NCBI GenBank assembly: GCA_043797085.1
Contig: JAZDQA010000006.1
Span: 128,001-192,000, forward strand
DNA: 64,000 nt
Direction: 5' to 3'
Origin: Pseudomonadota bacterium
GTDB lineage: Bacteria; Campylobacterota; Campylobacteria; Campylobacterales; Sulfurimonadaceae
Shown piece by piece: positions 1-8,743 of this stretch (the stretch's first letter is position 1; every line of letters begins with the position of its first letter). A model generated the notes under the pieces. That model had not been told where the DNA came from. It searched no databases and worked only from the letters and a program-made list of their open reading frames with translations. The position numbers and the translations under genes were made by a program.

Positions 1-336
1 GCCGGTATCGCTTTTGGGCGTATTGAAAGTGCTCTTTTTAGTTTGATTGTCGTCTACGCAACAGGACAAGCTTTGAATGCCATAATATCAGGCAGACCTT
101 CCAAAAAAGTGGTTCATATTTTTTCCAACAATCTAAAGCTTTTAAGTCATCATATTGTCGAAGTTCTAGGAAGAGATGGAGTTATTTTAGAGGGAGTTAG
201 TGGCGAGCCGCACGAAAAACAAAAAGTTCTTATGATTATCGTCGAAAATAATAAAATACGCGTCGTACAGGAGATTGTCAAAGAACATGACAATGACGGT
301 TATATGGTCGTTATAGAAGCATCAGAGTTACACTGA
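1..336 (+). CDS. YitT-family membrane protein, C-terminal part (runs off the window edge)
   Basis: Frame 1 is open from base 1 (AGIAFGRIESALFSLIV...). The hydrophobic segment followed by LGRDGVILEG...KVLMIIV...IVKEHD resembles the YitT C-terminal domain. Confidence 0.6.
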   Translation, partial: AGIAFGRIESALFSLIVVYATGQALNAIISGRPSKKVVHIFSNNLKLLSHHIVEVLGRDGVILEGVSGEPHEKQKVLMIIVENNKIRVVQEIVKEHDNDGYMVVIEASELH

Positions 337-879
337 TTTAAAGGTGAATTTCATTATTTCTGTGCTGTTCATTTTATTCAAAACTTCCAGTGTTTTCGTA
401 ACATCATAAACCGCGCTATGATACTGTTCTTCATCAAATTCGATGCGGTAATGCCGGCAAGTTTCCAGTAGTTTCGGATTCTTGAGACTTCCTCTGACAT
501 TGAGAGCTCCGACAATCTTTTTATTGGATTTCATCGTGCAGAAGTGTTTTTCGAAGCTAGTCAGCTCACCGATATGACGCAGTTCAAACGCTATATTGTG
601 GGCAACAAGTGTTTTAGCACCCTGACAAAACTCTACAAACTCTTGATCTTCTGAAAAATACTCTGCATAATCAACATTCGCTCGTAATCGTTCTATTCGT
701 TGTGGAGAGAGTTTGTGAACAGCAAGCGCATAAGGATTAACCTCATATTCGGAAAAATAGTAGCGATGGAAGGTATCGGCGATAACATAAACCCCCTCCT
801 CTCTTTTAATCCGAAACGCCGCAACTTCGATCACGTCATGGACATTTGCGGAGTTGGTTTCAAAGTCCAGTATGATCAA
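328..879 (-). CDS. DEDDh 3'-5' exonuclease (DnaQ-like)
   Basis: ExoI LDFET, ExoII AHNIAFE and ExoIII HSAVYD motifs. Confidence 0.85.
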   Translation of the reverse strand: MIILDFETNSANVHDVIEVAAFRIKREEGVYVIADTFHRYYFSEYEVNPYALAVHKLSPQRIERLRANVDYAEYFSEDQEFVEFCQGAKTLVAHNIAFELRHIGELTSFEKHFCTMKSNKKIVGALNVRGSLKNPKLLETCRHYRIEFDEEQYHSAVYDVTKTLEVLNKMNSTEIMKFTFKSV

Positions 880-980
880 TAGTGCTCCATTGGTATATGA
901 ATTAATTTTATTTGATATTTTACCCAGAAGGTAATGTCGATTGGTTTATAATGTCAAAACACACTTTCTAAAGGTCATCC

Positions 981-1397
981 ATGATTCAAACACCCTTCTT
1001 AGCCGTGGACGGTATAGTTGAAATTTACAATGATGTTGGTATATTTGAAGGGATTGTGCTCATTGAGAGATTGAACAATCCTAAAGGACTAGCATTGCCA
1101 GGCGGATTCGTCGATATCGGCGAAACGGTAGAAACTGCGGTTGTACGGGAGATGAAAGAAGAGATATCTCTTGATGTTACGACTAAATCGTTACTTGGTG
1201 TCTATTCAGATCCTACACGGGATCCGAGGTTTCACTGTGTATCGATTGTATACGTTTGTAAAGCTTTGGGAGTACCAGAAGGTGCCGATGATGCGAAAGA
1301 GGCATTCGTGTATCCTCTGAATGATATTCCCTATGACAAGCTTGTGTTTGATCATGCCAAGATCATACGAGACTATTGCGCAGCTAAGAAAGATTAA
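981..1397 (+). CDS. NUDIX hydrolase (ADP-ribose pyrophosphatase-like)
   Basis: Nudix box GGFVDIGETVETAVVREMKEEISL, plus RDPR and FDH motifs. Confidence 0.9.
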   Translation: MIQTPFLAVDGIVEIYNDVGIFEGIVLIERLNNPKGLALPGGFVDIGETVETAVVREMKEEISLDVTTKSLLGVYSDPTRDPRFHCVSIVYVCKALGVPEGADDAKEAFVYPLNDIPYDKLVFDHAKIIRDYCAAKKD

Positions 1398-1402
1398 TTC
1401 AC

Positions 1403-2347
1403 ATGCACAACAAAAATACTCTCAAATTTCTCTACCAAGATTTAGATGAACTCATCGCCCAATACAGCAATAATAAGATTGACCGATTCTCTTTTGTATC
1501 CGAGGTTGAGAGATTAAAACAAGCGAACGAAGTTATCCTAAATGGCAATGAAGATTTTGCAGAACTTGTAGAGAATGCACTTCTTGAAAAACAATATGAA
1601 AGCTTGAAGCAAATGACCAAAGCAGCGCTCGAAAATATCAAAGTACCCTCCTCTGCTGTTAAAGTACTGATACTAAGTGGTGCAGGGATCAGTGCTGAAA
1701 GCGGTGTTCGTACCTTTAGAGACAGTGACGGCTTATGGGAAGAGTACGATGTCATGGAAGCATGCTCCGTTGAAGGGTTTGAGCGGAACCCAAAACTGGT
1801 CGCTGATTTTTACGATGCAAGACGGCGTGATCTAGAAAGCAAACAACCTAATCTTGCCCATGACATGGTCGCTCGTCTCAAACGCAAATATCCCGCACAG
1901 ATCGATGTTCTCACTCAAAACGTTGATGATCTATTTGAGCGTGCCGGGTGTCCTGATGTCGTCCATCTGCACGGCACTCTAACTGATTTACGTTGCGAAG
2001 AATGCAAAACTGTATTTGAAATCGGATACAAGAGCCAAATCGATGTGATCTGCCCGAAATGCCAAAGCAGCAACATTCGCCACAACGTCGTCATGTTTGG
2101 CGAAGAAGCACCGATGTATCAGGAGCTTCAACAATCGATCGATGAATGTGATGTGTTTGTCGTTATTGGAACCAGCGGAAATGTCATCAATGTCGCATGG
2201 TATGCACAATGGTTCGAACATTCACTTTTGAATAATCTAGATCCGGATGAGAAATTGGATCCTTATTTCAAAGTCGTGTATCATGAAAAAGCAACCCAAG
2301 CTGCAGAAAAGATTGAAGTGTATATTGAAACGTTTTTATCCAATTGA
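1403..2347 (+). CDS. cobB: NAD-dependent protein deacylase (sirtuin) with ~85-aa N-terminal extension
   Basis: GAGISAESG, TFRD, YDARR, TQNVDDL, HLHG, CxxC...CxxC and GTSG motifs. Confidence 0.88.
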   Translation: MHNKNTLKFLYQDLDELIAQYSNNKIDRFSFVSEVERLKQANEVILNGNEDFAELVENALLEKQYESLKQMTKAALENIKVPSSAVKVLILSGAGISAESGVRTFRDSDGLWEEYDVMEACSVEGFERNPKLVADFYDARRRDLESKQPNLAHDMVARLKRKYPAQIDVLTQNVDDLFERAGCPDVVHLHGTLTDLRCEECKTVFEIGYKSQIDVICPKCQSSNIRHNVVMFGEEAPMYQELQQSIDECDVFVVIGTSGNVINVAWYAQWFEHSLLNNLDPDEKLDPYFKVVYHEKATQAAEKIEVYIETFLSN

Positions 2348-2502
2348 TATTCGAATTTCCTATGTTTACAGAAAGTACATTAAAAGGATGGATGTAGGTG
2401 GATTAGTATGGAACATTATGGACAAGGAGATGGCTAAATATGCCTAAATAAGGTATTTAGAAGGTTTTTTTGGATTGATTTGGACTGTCTTGGATTAGAT
2501 TG

Positions 2503-2558
2503 TGGTACCAGTGGCCGGACTTGAACCGGCACATATTGCTATACCGGATTTTGAATCC
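2503..2558 (-). repeat. att site: displaced 3' half of tRNA-Leu(CAA)
   Basis: TGGTACCAGTGGCCGGACTTGAACCGGCACATATTGCTATACCGGATTTTGAATCC matches 34585-34640 with 3 substitutions. Confidence 0.93.
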
Positions 2559-2668
2559 AATTTATATTCAAGCTACACCAAGCTATAACTACCTATAGGC
2601 ACCCTTTCTAAACCCCTATTACAAGGGCTTCTTTATACAATTATTAGTTACAACTAGCTACAATTAAC

Positions 2669-2742
2669 GATACCTCAATATTGTTAAATTGATACCCGTT
2701 TCCAATAAATTGATACCCGTTTTAACTAAAAATGATACCCGT
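2669..2742 (+). repeat. Probable integrase arm-type binding sites (left end)
   Basis: TGATACCCGT at 2690, 2711 and 2733, plus a degenerate GATACC at 2669; spacing is 21-22 bp. Confidence 0.7.
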
Positions 2743-2751
2743 GGAGTCCAC

Positions 2752-4038
2752 ATGAATTTTAATTTGAAGAATCGTAGAACTGCTGGTTTAATCTATAAAG
2801 ATGATGGGCAAATTCCATCTAGCAAAATTGTAGATGGTCAAATAGTTAATACAAATATCACTTTTACAAAGCCATATAAAATTCAAGTCAGAGCATCAAA
2901 AGTTCTTAATGGTAAAAGATCTATCAACAAAGAAACAATGACTTTTGATAAAAATAAAACTTTACTAGACGCAATAAAAGAAGCCACCAAAAGATATGAA
3001 GAGTTGATGGATGAACTCAATAACGATATATACAAGAAAAAATCTTCTGAAGTCATCAAGCCAGATATGACATTTGAAAGTGCGTGGCTACTTATTCGTA
3101 ATAAAGAAACAAAAAATGGGAAAGATAACTCGACTGAAATACAGTTCTATAATAACTGGTTGCAACCAATATATACCAAGCCGTTAAACAAAATCGCGCC
3201 TAATGATATAAGAGATATTGCTAATACGTTAAAAAACGCAAATAGATCAGACCGGACGCAAAGAAGAACCTATCAAGTCGTGAACTATATTTATAGTGAA
3301 ATCAATAAGTCAACGACAGAATTTGTTCTGATATCGCCAGCATCGATGAAGGGATTGCCTCCTTTAAGAAATAAGTCCAACTTGGATTTACCATTGGAAA
3401 AATCAAAAGCTGTCGCGCAAGCATTAAGGAATTATCCAGTGTCGCCGTATAGAGAAGTTTTTATGTGGTTGTTACATGGAAGAAGAAGAGGAGAAGTTCT
3501 TGCCCTCAAATGGGAAGATATAAATTTTGAAGATCGCACATACACCATCAAAGAGATTTCGAATAAAGCAGGCATCAATATGACCTATAAGCTATCAAAT
3601 CGATTATTTGCCACTCTCGAAGTTCTAGCAGGCATGAAAAAGATAGATAAGATGAAAGGATTCGTTTTTAAAAGCTCAGATAACACAAAACCTCTTTGTG
3701 AAGCCACATTGAGAAACCATTGGAAGCGCTTGAGTGATGATAAATTCCCATTTACGAGAATGCATGATTTAAGAAAGCTACTAGGTGAATATCTTATGAA
3801 TCAGATGTTGCAGAGTGATAATATCGTCGATACCGTTTTAGGGCATATACCTAGCGGTATTGCATCAAGATACGCAACTATGAAAAATACAACAGTCGGT
3901 CCAATCGTAGATGCTGCACTTGATGGACTCTTGGACGAAAATAAAGCCATTGAAGTTGATGATGAGAAATTAAAACAGTTACAAGCGATGTTTCCTGAAA
4001 AATCATTAGAGCAATTAAAAGTATTTTTGAATGATTAA
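2752..4038 (+). CDS. int: Tyrosine recombinase / integrase
   Basis: HGRRRGEVL (R), HDLRK (HxxR) and LGH...RY catalytic motifs. ATG 2752 follows GGAG; the gene abuts the att site. Confidence 0.93.
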   Translation: MNFNLKNRRTAGLIYKDDGQIPSSKIVDGQIVNTNITFTKPYKIQVRASKVLNGKRSINKETMTFDKNKTLLDAIKEATKRYEELMDELNNDIYKKKSSEVIKPDMTFESAWLLIRNKETKNGKDNSTEIQFYNNWLQPIYTKPLNKIAPNDIRDIANTLKNANRSDRTQRRTYQVVNYIYSEINKSTTEFVLISPASMKGLPPLRNKSNLDLPLEKSKAVAQALRNYPVSPYREVFMWLLHGRRRGEVLALKWEDINFEDRTYTIKEISNKAGINMTYKLSNRLFATLEVLAGMKKIDKMKGFVFKSSDNTKPLCEATLRNHWKRLSDDKFPFTRMHDLRKLLGEYLMNQMLQSDNIVDTVLGHIPSGIASRYATMKNTTVGPIVDAALDGLLDENKAIEVDDEKLKQLQAMFPEKSLEQLKVFLND

Positions 4039-4114
4039 GAGAGGAGTAGATTACTTTATATAATTTCCGATATTCGGATATAATAACACTATAAATTTCG
4101 AAGAGGAGGAGAAT

Positions 4115-4723
4115 ATGACTACCACTGAAATCACTAAGATGTTTCAAATTGCTGATAGTACGCTCAGTGATTGGGAATCCAATCCGAAACGTCAAAAGCT
4201 CCTTACCCTCCTTCGTACGATTAGCCTTGATGAGGCAGAAAAATATTTACAGCCTAAAAATACACCGCCAAAATTTAGTCCTAAAACCCGTTTCGTCAAA
4301 CTTCGAAAAGAGTGGTTTAGTATTGATCTATTATGGTCACGACAAGATCATTCACTTATAGAGATTAATAGCCTCATTGGGATTTATCTCTCAACACCAA
4401 ATCAAGAGGATACCCAAACACTGATCCGTCTATTTGGAATCGAACGCGTCCGTTCGATCTTGATCAAACTCGAAAATACCATGCCGATTGAAGATTATAA
4501 TGAAGCTTCAGAGCAGATTGAATTTGCCATAGACTCGGAAAGCTATTTTCAAGATCATCCATTACCGTCAATAGAGGAGCTTCTACGTCATCCTAAAAAA
4601 CGGTATATTACCTATCTGAGGAAACAATACAGTGCCGATGAGTTGGTAAAAATGGCTCAAGAGAAAAATGTACCGTTTAACACCATCTTTCAAATCAAAA
4701 AGATGACAGGACTTAGCGTATGA
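4115..4723 (+). CDS. HTH-containing protein, probable antitoxin partner of a nucleotidyltransferase
   Basis: N-terminal HTH (EITKMFQIADSTLSDW), internal LLWS...LIRLFGIERVR pattern, ATGA coupling to the next ORF, and palindrome TCCGA-TAT-TCGGA at 4066-4078 beside TATAAT. Confidence 0.5.
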   Translation: MTTTEITKMFQIADSTLSDWESNPKRQKLLTLLRTISLDEAEKYLQPKNTPPKFSPKTRFVKLRKEWFSIDLLWSRQDHSLIEINSLIGIYLSTPNQEDTQTLIRLFGIERVRSILIKLENTMPIEDYNEASEQIEFAIDSESYFQDHPLPSIEELLRHPKKRYITYLRKQYSADELVKMAQEKNVPFNTIFQIKKMTGLSV

Positions 4724-4818
4724 CCGAAGCGATCAAACAGATTCTACCGATCATCCAAGATCACGAGATTTTTAGCAAACATAATTTCAGACTTAGGATC
4801 TGGTGCCGCAAGGTGTAG
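4720..4818 (+). pseudogene. Truncated gene, possibly the N-terminus of an AbiEii-like nucleotidyltransferase
   Basis: MTEAIKQILPIIQDHEIFSKHNF runs into tRNA-derived sequence at ~4788 and stops at 4818. The family assignment is inference. Confidence 0.45.
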
Positions 4819-4844
4819 GAGTTCAAGTCTCCTCATCCGCACCA
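4788..4844 (+). repeat. 3' half of tRNA-Leu(TAG): att fragment of a second element
   Basis: CAGA-CT-TAG-GA-TCTGG anticodon arm, variable arm, T-arm AGGAG-TTCAAGT-CTCCT and CATCCGC-ACCA end. No 5' half upstream. Confidence 0.88.
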
Positions 4845-4914
4845 CCCTTTTAAAGCCCTATAATAGGCACTTCTTGCTCAATCAATCAAAAATATTTTCT
4901 TCTCAAAATTTTCA

Positions 4915-4937
4915 AGGGTACACATTAGGGTACACAT
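4915..4937 (+). repeat. Tandem AGGGTACACAT repeat, probable arm-type site
   Basis: Exact 11-mers at 4915-4925 and 4927-4937, ~70 bp after the tRNA fragment. Confidence 0.6.
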
Positions 4938-5104
4938 ATAATTTTGCCTCGCCTATCAATTTAGCTCCTATGCATTTTTTGATGAAATCGTTAATCTTTA
5001 TGGTAGAATCTTTTTGTCATCCTTTTATAACTCCTCAGCTAACTGGATGACATCCTCGTGATCATCTATTATCCCGTTAGAAACAAAAAATTGAGGAAAC
5101 TATT

Positions 5105-5980
5105 ATGCCCTCCGACGATGATTACAAATCCCCTATCTTTGCAATATTAATCAAACTTTACAATGGTGAAAAATTTACAACTAGAGAACTCAGTACAGAA
5201 TTTGATACCGATATACGGAACATTCAAAGATATATGAAAAGACTTACATTTTTACCGATCAAAAAAGAAAAACATTACTATTTTTTAGAATCTTATGCAC
5301 TTGGTAAACTTTCTTTTGACGACATTAAAAATTTTGCTGCTATAAGCGGTGTTAAAAACCTCTTTCCAAGCCTCACCAATGAATTTATTATCGATTTACT
5401 CAATGCTAAAATCAATTCAGCTTATTTGGTCAAATCACCGCAGTATGAAGAGATCATACACAATAAAGAAAATTTTGACAATTTGAGCGTTGCCATCGTT
5501 AGCTATATGGCTGTTCAGTGTATATATAAAAAGAAACTACGCCTACTTTATCCTTACAAGCTGGTCAATCATCACGGCATTTGGTACCTCGTTGCTGATG
5601 ATGGTGGGGTATTAAAAAACTTCAGTTTCTCAAAAATCACCGATTTGCAGATAGTACATGATAAACAGTTCAAGCCGAACCGTGATTTTCTCGATACTCT
5701 GAAAAAGAATAATGCTGATTGGTTTTCTCAGAATGTGGTCAATGTTACCCTCAAAATTAATCCTCAGGTTGGCGAATACTTTTTAAAACGAAAACTCCTT
5801 TCGAATCAAACCGTCATAAAACAAACGCCTAATGAATTGATTATTAAAGCAACGGTTTCGTATGACGATGAAATTTTACGGATCGTACAGTACTGGCTTC
5901 CCCATATAGAGATTGTTTCTCCTGAACATTTACAAGAAAAATTAATCGAAACATTACAAGGATATTTAAAAGCGACATAA
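5105..5980 (+). CDS. wHTH-WYL-WCX transcriptional regulator
   Basis: N-terminal HTH (ELSTEFDTDIRNIQRYM), LYPYKLVNHHGIWYLVA, and a C-terminal WCX-like WLPHIEIVSPEHL. Confidence 0.92.
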   Translation: MPSDDDYKSPIFAILIKLYNGEKFTTRELSTEFDTDIRNIQRYMKRLTFLPIKKEKHYYFLESYALGKLSFDDIKNFAAISGVKNLFPSLTNEFIIDLLNAKINSAYLVKSPQYEEIIHNKENFDNLSVAIVSYMAVQCIYKKKLRLLYPYKLVNHHGIWYLVADDGGVLKNFSFSKITDLQIVHDKQFKPNRDFLDTLKKNNADWFSQNVVNVTLKINPQVGEYFLKRKLLSNQTVIKQTPNELIIKATVSYDDEILRIVQYWLPHIEIVSPEHLQEKLIETLQGYLKAT

Positions 5981-6005
5981 TCGGTCGCAGTACTAATGTT
6001 ATGCT
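5972..6005 (+). promoter_or_regulatory. Putative WYL binding palindrome plus extended -10
   Basis: GCGAC-N7-GTCGC at 5972-5988, then TGtTATGCT at 5997-6005, upstream of the AAGGAG RBS of 6036. Confidence 0.6.
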
Positions 6006-6035
6006 TCTCCTTAGATTTGACCCTAAGGAGATACC

Positions 6036-6644
6036 ATGATACCAATACTTTTAGGCGGAATTGCAGGAGTTGTAACAGGATACGCACTCAAAAAGTACTT
6101 AAACGAAGAGGAGTGCTATTGCCCTAACCATGAAGAGAGTGTATCTGATACCGTGCACATCAACGCCCTCGAACCGCTCAACACCATCAAACAAAAACTC
6201 AACAAATCCCTATTCCGTAAAACTGAAGCACTGATGAGTGCGATTGAAAACCTCGGTTCAAACACGCCACGAAGTGTTACCGAAGAACCAAACGCAATCC
6301 AAACACTCGAAAGCACCCCCGAAATCGAAGCAGAGATAACCGAATTTTGTCACATTCTCACTCGTGCCGAACAGGTTCAACACGCGCTGCTCGATGAACT
6401 CATCAAACCGTTTTTCGAAATCGATGATGCAAACCACCTCGGTGAGGAAGATAGGGCAAAAGCAACACGTTTTATCGAGATTGATACCCTAATGCGTGAA
6501 GCGTGTACAACTCCGATCACATTGGATGGTGCATCGGTTAGCACCATGGCGAAAATGGCATTTCATGCACTGTTTATGTGCATAGACGAGAATAATAATC
6601 CTGAAAGCAATGAGGCATTCGATGAAAACAATCTTAGCCATTAG
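6036..6644 (+). CDS. Hypothetical protein with N-terminal Gly-rich membrane anchor
   Basis: MIPILLGGIAGVVTGYALKK, then a helical body; good RBS. Confidence 0.7.
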   Translation: MIPILLGGIAGVVTGYALKKYLNEEECYCPNHEESVSDTVHINALEPLNTIKQKLNKSLFRKTEALMSAIENLGSNTPRSVTEEPNAIQTLESTPEIEAEITEFCHILTRAEQVQHALLDELIKPFFEIDDANHLGEEDRAKATRFIEIDTLMREACTTPITLDGASVSTMAKMAFHALFMCIDENNNPESNEAFDENNLSH

Positions 6645-7062
6645 TGGCAGAGGTTTAAACTTTGCCAACTATGTCAAAACACTTCAAAACGATGATCGCA
6701 TTTACACGATAGAATCGCTACGCCAAGCGGATGAGATACTCGATCAGCTCAGAGATAGCAACGTTCATCTTGTGGCAGGATTAGGGGGTACGAGAGGAAC
6801 GGGATTGATTGCAGATGTTGCAGCCAAACTCAAACAACACGAGATAGACTTTACGGTGTACGTTACGCTCCCTTTTAGTTTTGAAGGAAAAAAGAGAGGA
6901 GAGTCTGCCAAAAAAATGGTAGATCATCTCCTACAAAATGGATTTAAAGTATTGACCGAAGATAACAATACCATCCTAACAAATGGTATCGCTGCCGCCG
7001 ATTCTTTCAAAGTGGCTTTTTTCGAGATAGATAAAAAATTATACGAAAAAATGGAGGCTTGA
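6622..7062 (+). CDS. Small FtsZ/tubulin N-terminal-domain-only protein
   Basis: AGLGGTRGTG resembles the FtsZ signature AGMGGGTGTG; VYVTLPFSFEGKKR resembles VVTKPFNFEGKKR. The ORF ends before the T7 loop. Confidence 0.8.
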   Translation: MKTILAISGRGLNFANYVKTLQNDDRIYTIESLRQADEILDQLRDSNVHLVAGLGGTRGTGLIADVAAKLKQHEIDFTVYVTLPFSFEGKKRGESAKKMVDHLLQNGFKVLTEDNNTILTNGIAAADSFKVAFFEIDKKLYEKMEA

Positions 7063-7063
7063 G

Positions 7064-7273
7064 ATGATTATCTTAGAAGGACTCATTTCATGGGTGGTGT
7101 TATATGCTCTGTACTTCGCGGCTAAAGAGGGGCTTATATCGATTTTGGTGGCAATCGTCGGGGCGGTGATCTTTTTTGCTATTATCCCTGTCACCATAAA
7201 AGCTCTGGTTATGATGATAACAGTGGTTTATTTTGTGACTCGTTCACTATTTTCTCAACCTCAGGAGGCTTAA
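7064..7273 (+). CDS. Small integral membrane protein
   Basis: 69 aa, almost entirely hydrophobic; GGAGG RBS; 1-nt gap to both neighbours. Confidence 0.7.
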   Translation: MIILEGLISWVVLYALYFAAKEGLISILVAIVGAVIFFAIIPVTIKALVMMITVVYFVTRSLFSQPQEA

Positions 7274-7274
7274 A

Positions 7275-7457
7275 ATGATTGCGCAAAAACCGTTTAAATG
7301 GATTTGTCCCAAATGCGGATATTCCAAAACCGTAACCCCAAAGAGTGACGCAATAGATCCTCGTGACTTCATGAATCGTTGCCCGAAATGCGGTGGGGAG
7401 ATGGAGAAAAGAGATGTTGGAGCGCTTGATGTTATAAAAGGACTATTCACAAATTAA
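7275..7457 (+). CDS. Small zinc-ribbon protein
   Basis: CPKC...CPKC; GGAGG RBS. Confidence 0.75.
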   Translation: MIAQKPFKWICPKCGYSKTVTPKSDAIDPRDFMNRCPKCGGEMEKRDVGALDVIKGLFTN

Positions 7458-7690
7458 AATAGTGTTTCATTTAGGAACATTAATGTGACTTCGTGGTATA
7501 TCATTGTTTTCAGCGCCCTATAGGGAATTATATCTTAAACAAAGTTTATATACCATTGATAGTTTTAAAAAATATCGCATTGAAAAGGAAAATATTATGG
7601 ATGAAAAACCTCTAAGTTTACTGTTTTGATTAATACTAGCTCGAAAGAATAAAAAAGTATCATAATACATATTAGCATGGGAGATAAAAA

Positions 7691-8743
7691 ATGGGTATAG
7701 GTGATGTTGTCAGAGGTACTGTAAATTTTGTATCAGGTGGTTATCTTGACAGACAAAAAGCAAATGAAATCAAAGAGCATGCGGACTGGAAGAGAGAGTC
7801 TACAATAGATGAACTTGAAATTACGAAGGAAGAAACTAATCAAAATATACTTGAACTTGGCTCGTTAAAACAAAATGTATATCAACAGTCAATAAATGAT
7901 TTTGTAAAACATTATGAAATCATTGGAAAAGTTGATTTAAAACCACTAAAGGAAAGTAAATTTCTTGATTATGAGAACTTTCAAGCAGATCTTGTCGAAA
8001 TGAAAGTTGTTACTGCTACTCTTAAAGAGTTAGGAACTGTTGTTGGAGGGGGAGCATTAATTGGAGCTTCTGCTGCATTGGGTGCTATGGGAACAGTCGC
8101 TTTAATTGGTACAGCATCAACGGGCACTGCAATAGGGACTTTATCAGGTGTTGCAGCAACAAATGCAACTCTTGCTTGGCTTGGTGGTGGTACTATAAGC
8201 GCTGGAGGATTAGGAGTAACAGGAGGCATGGTTGTTTTAGGTGGAATTGCACTTGCTCCCGTGGCACTTTTTGGAATGTTTTTAGGAGCAAATAAGGGAA
8301 AAGAAATTTTAAATGAAGCATATAATTATCATGACGAAATTCAAGTAATGATTGAAAAAATGACGACTTTGATAGCGGAACTTTCCCAAATCAGAAGAGG
8401 ATGTGATTTAATGTCTAAAAGCATTCAAGGGCTAGATGCATTATTGAAAAGATATAATCTTGAAATGGGAAAAATAGTTTATAGGCTCGAACATAGATCA
8501 ATATTATCAAAAAAATTTATAGATCCTATCAAAAATAAAATTTTTAATATTTCCATTCTTACAAATAATGAAGCTATGATATTTGCAACAGCCGCAAATA
8601 TATCTGCCATGCTAAGTGAAATAATTAGGATGCCGTTAATGAATCAAGAAGGTGCATTTATCAACCAAAGCATCGAAGAATTAGAAAAAATGCAGCCTCA
8701 AGTAGAAGCTCTTAATTCAGCAACAAAAATGAGCGATTTATGA
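7691..8743 (+). CDS. Coiled-coil protein with long Gly/Ala hydrophobic (glycine-zipper) segment
   Basis: GTASTGTAIGTLSGVAATNATLAWLGGG...GGMVVLGGIALAP flanked by helical regions. Confidence 0.75.
   Translation: MGIGDVVRGTVNFVSGGYLDRQKANEIKEHADWKRESTIDELEITKEETNQNILELGSLKQNVYQQSINDFVKHYEIIGKVDLKPLKESKFLDYENFQADLVEMKVVTATLKELGTVVGGGALIGASAALGAMGTVALIGTASTGTAIGTLSGVAATNATLAWLGGGTISAGGLGVTGGMVVLGGIALAPVALFGMFLGANKGKEILNEAYNYHDEIQVMIEKMTTLIAELSQIRRGCDLMSKSIQGLDALLKRYNLEMGKIVYRLEHRSILSKKFIDPIKNKIFNISILTNNEAMIFATAANISAMLSEIIRMPLMNQEGAFINQSIEELEKMQPQVEALNSATKMSDL

Noticed and set aside
1403..2347. Sir2 as an anti-phage NADase (Thoeris/DSR-like)
   Set aside because: It has the zinc finger and class III deacylase motifs of housekeeping CobB and lies outside the att-bounded island.
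2689..2751. Integrase N-terminal extension (MIPVSNKLIPV...)
   Set aside because: It is a translation of the DNA arm repeats; ATG 2752 has the RBS.
4788..4844. Functional tRNA-Leu(TAG)
   Set aside because: The 5' acceptor strand and D-arm are absent.
5015..5052. TGTCATCC-N22-GGATGACA inverted repeat upstream of the WYL gene
   Set aside because: Could be an operator, but it does not match the downstream palindrome and has no other support.
7597..7629. RBS plus MDEKPLSLLF* micro-ORF
   Set aside because: Too short to distinguish from chance or a gene stump.
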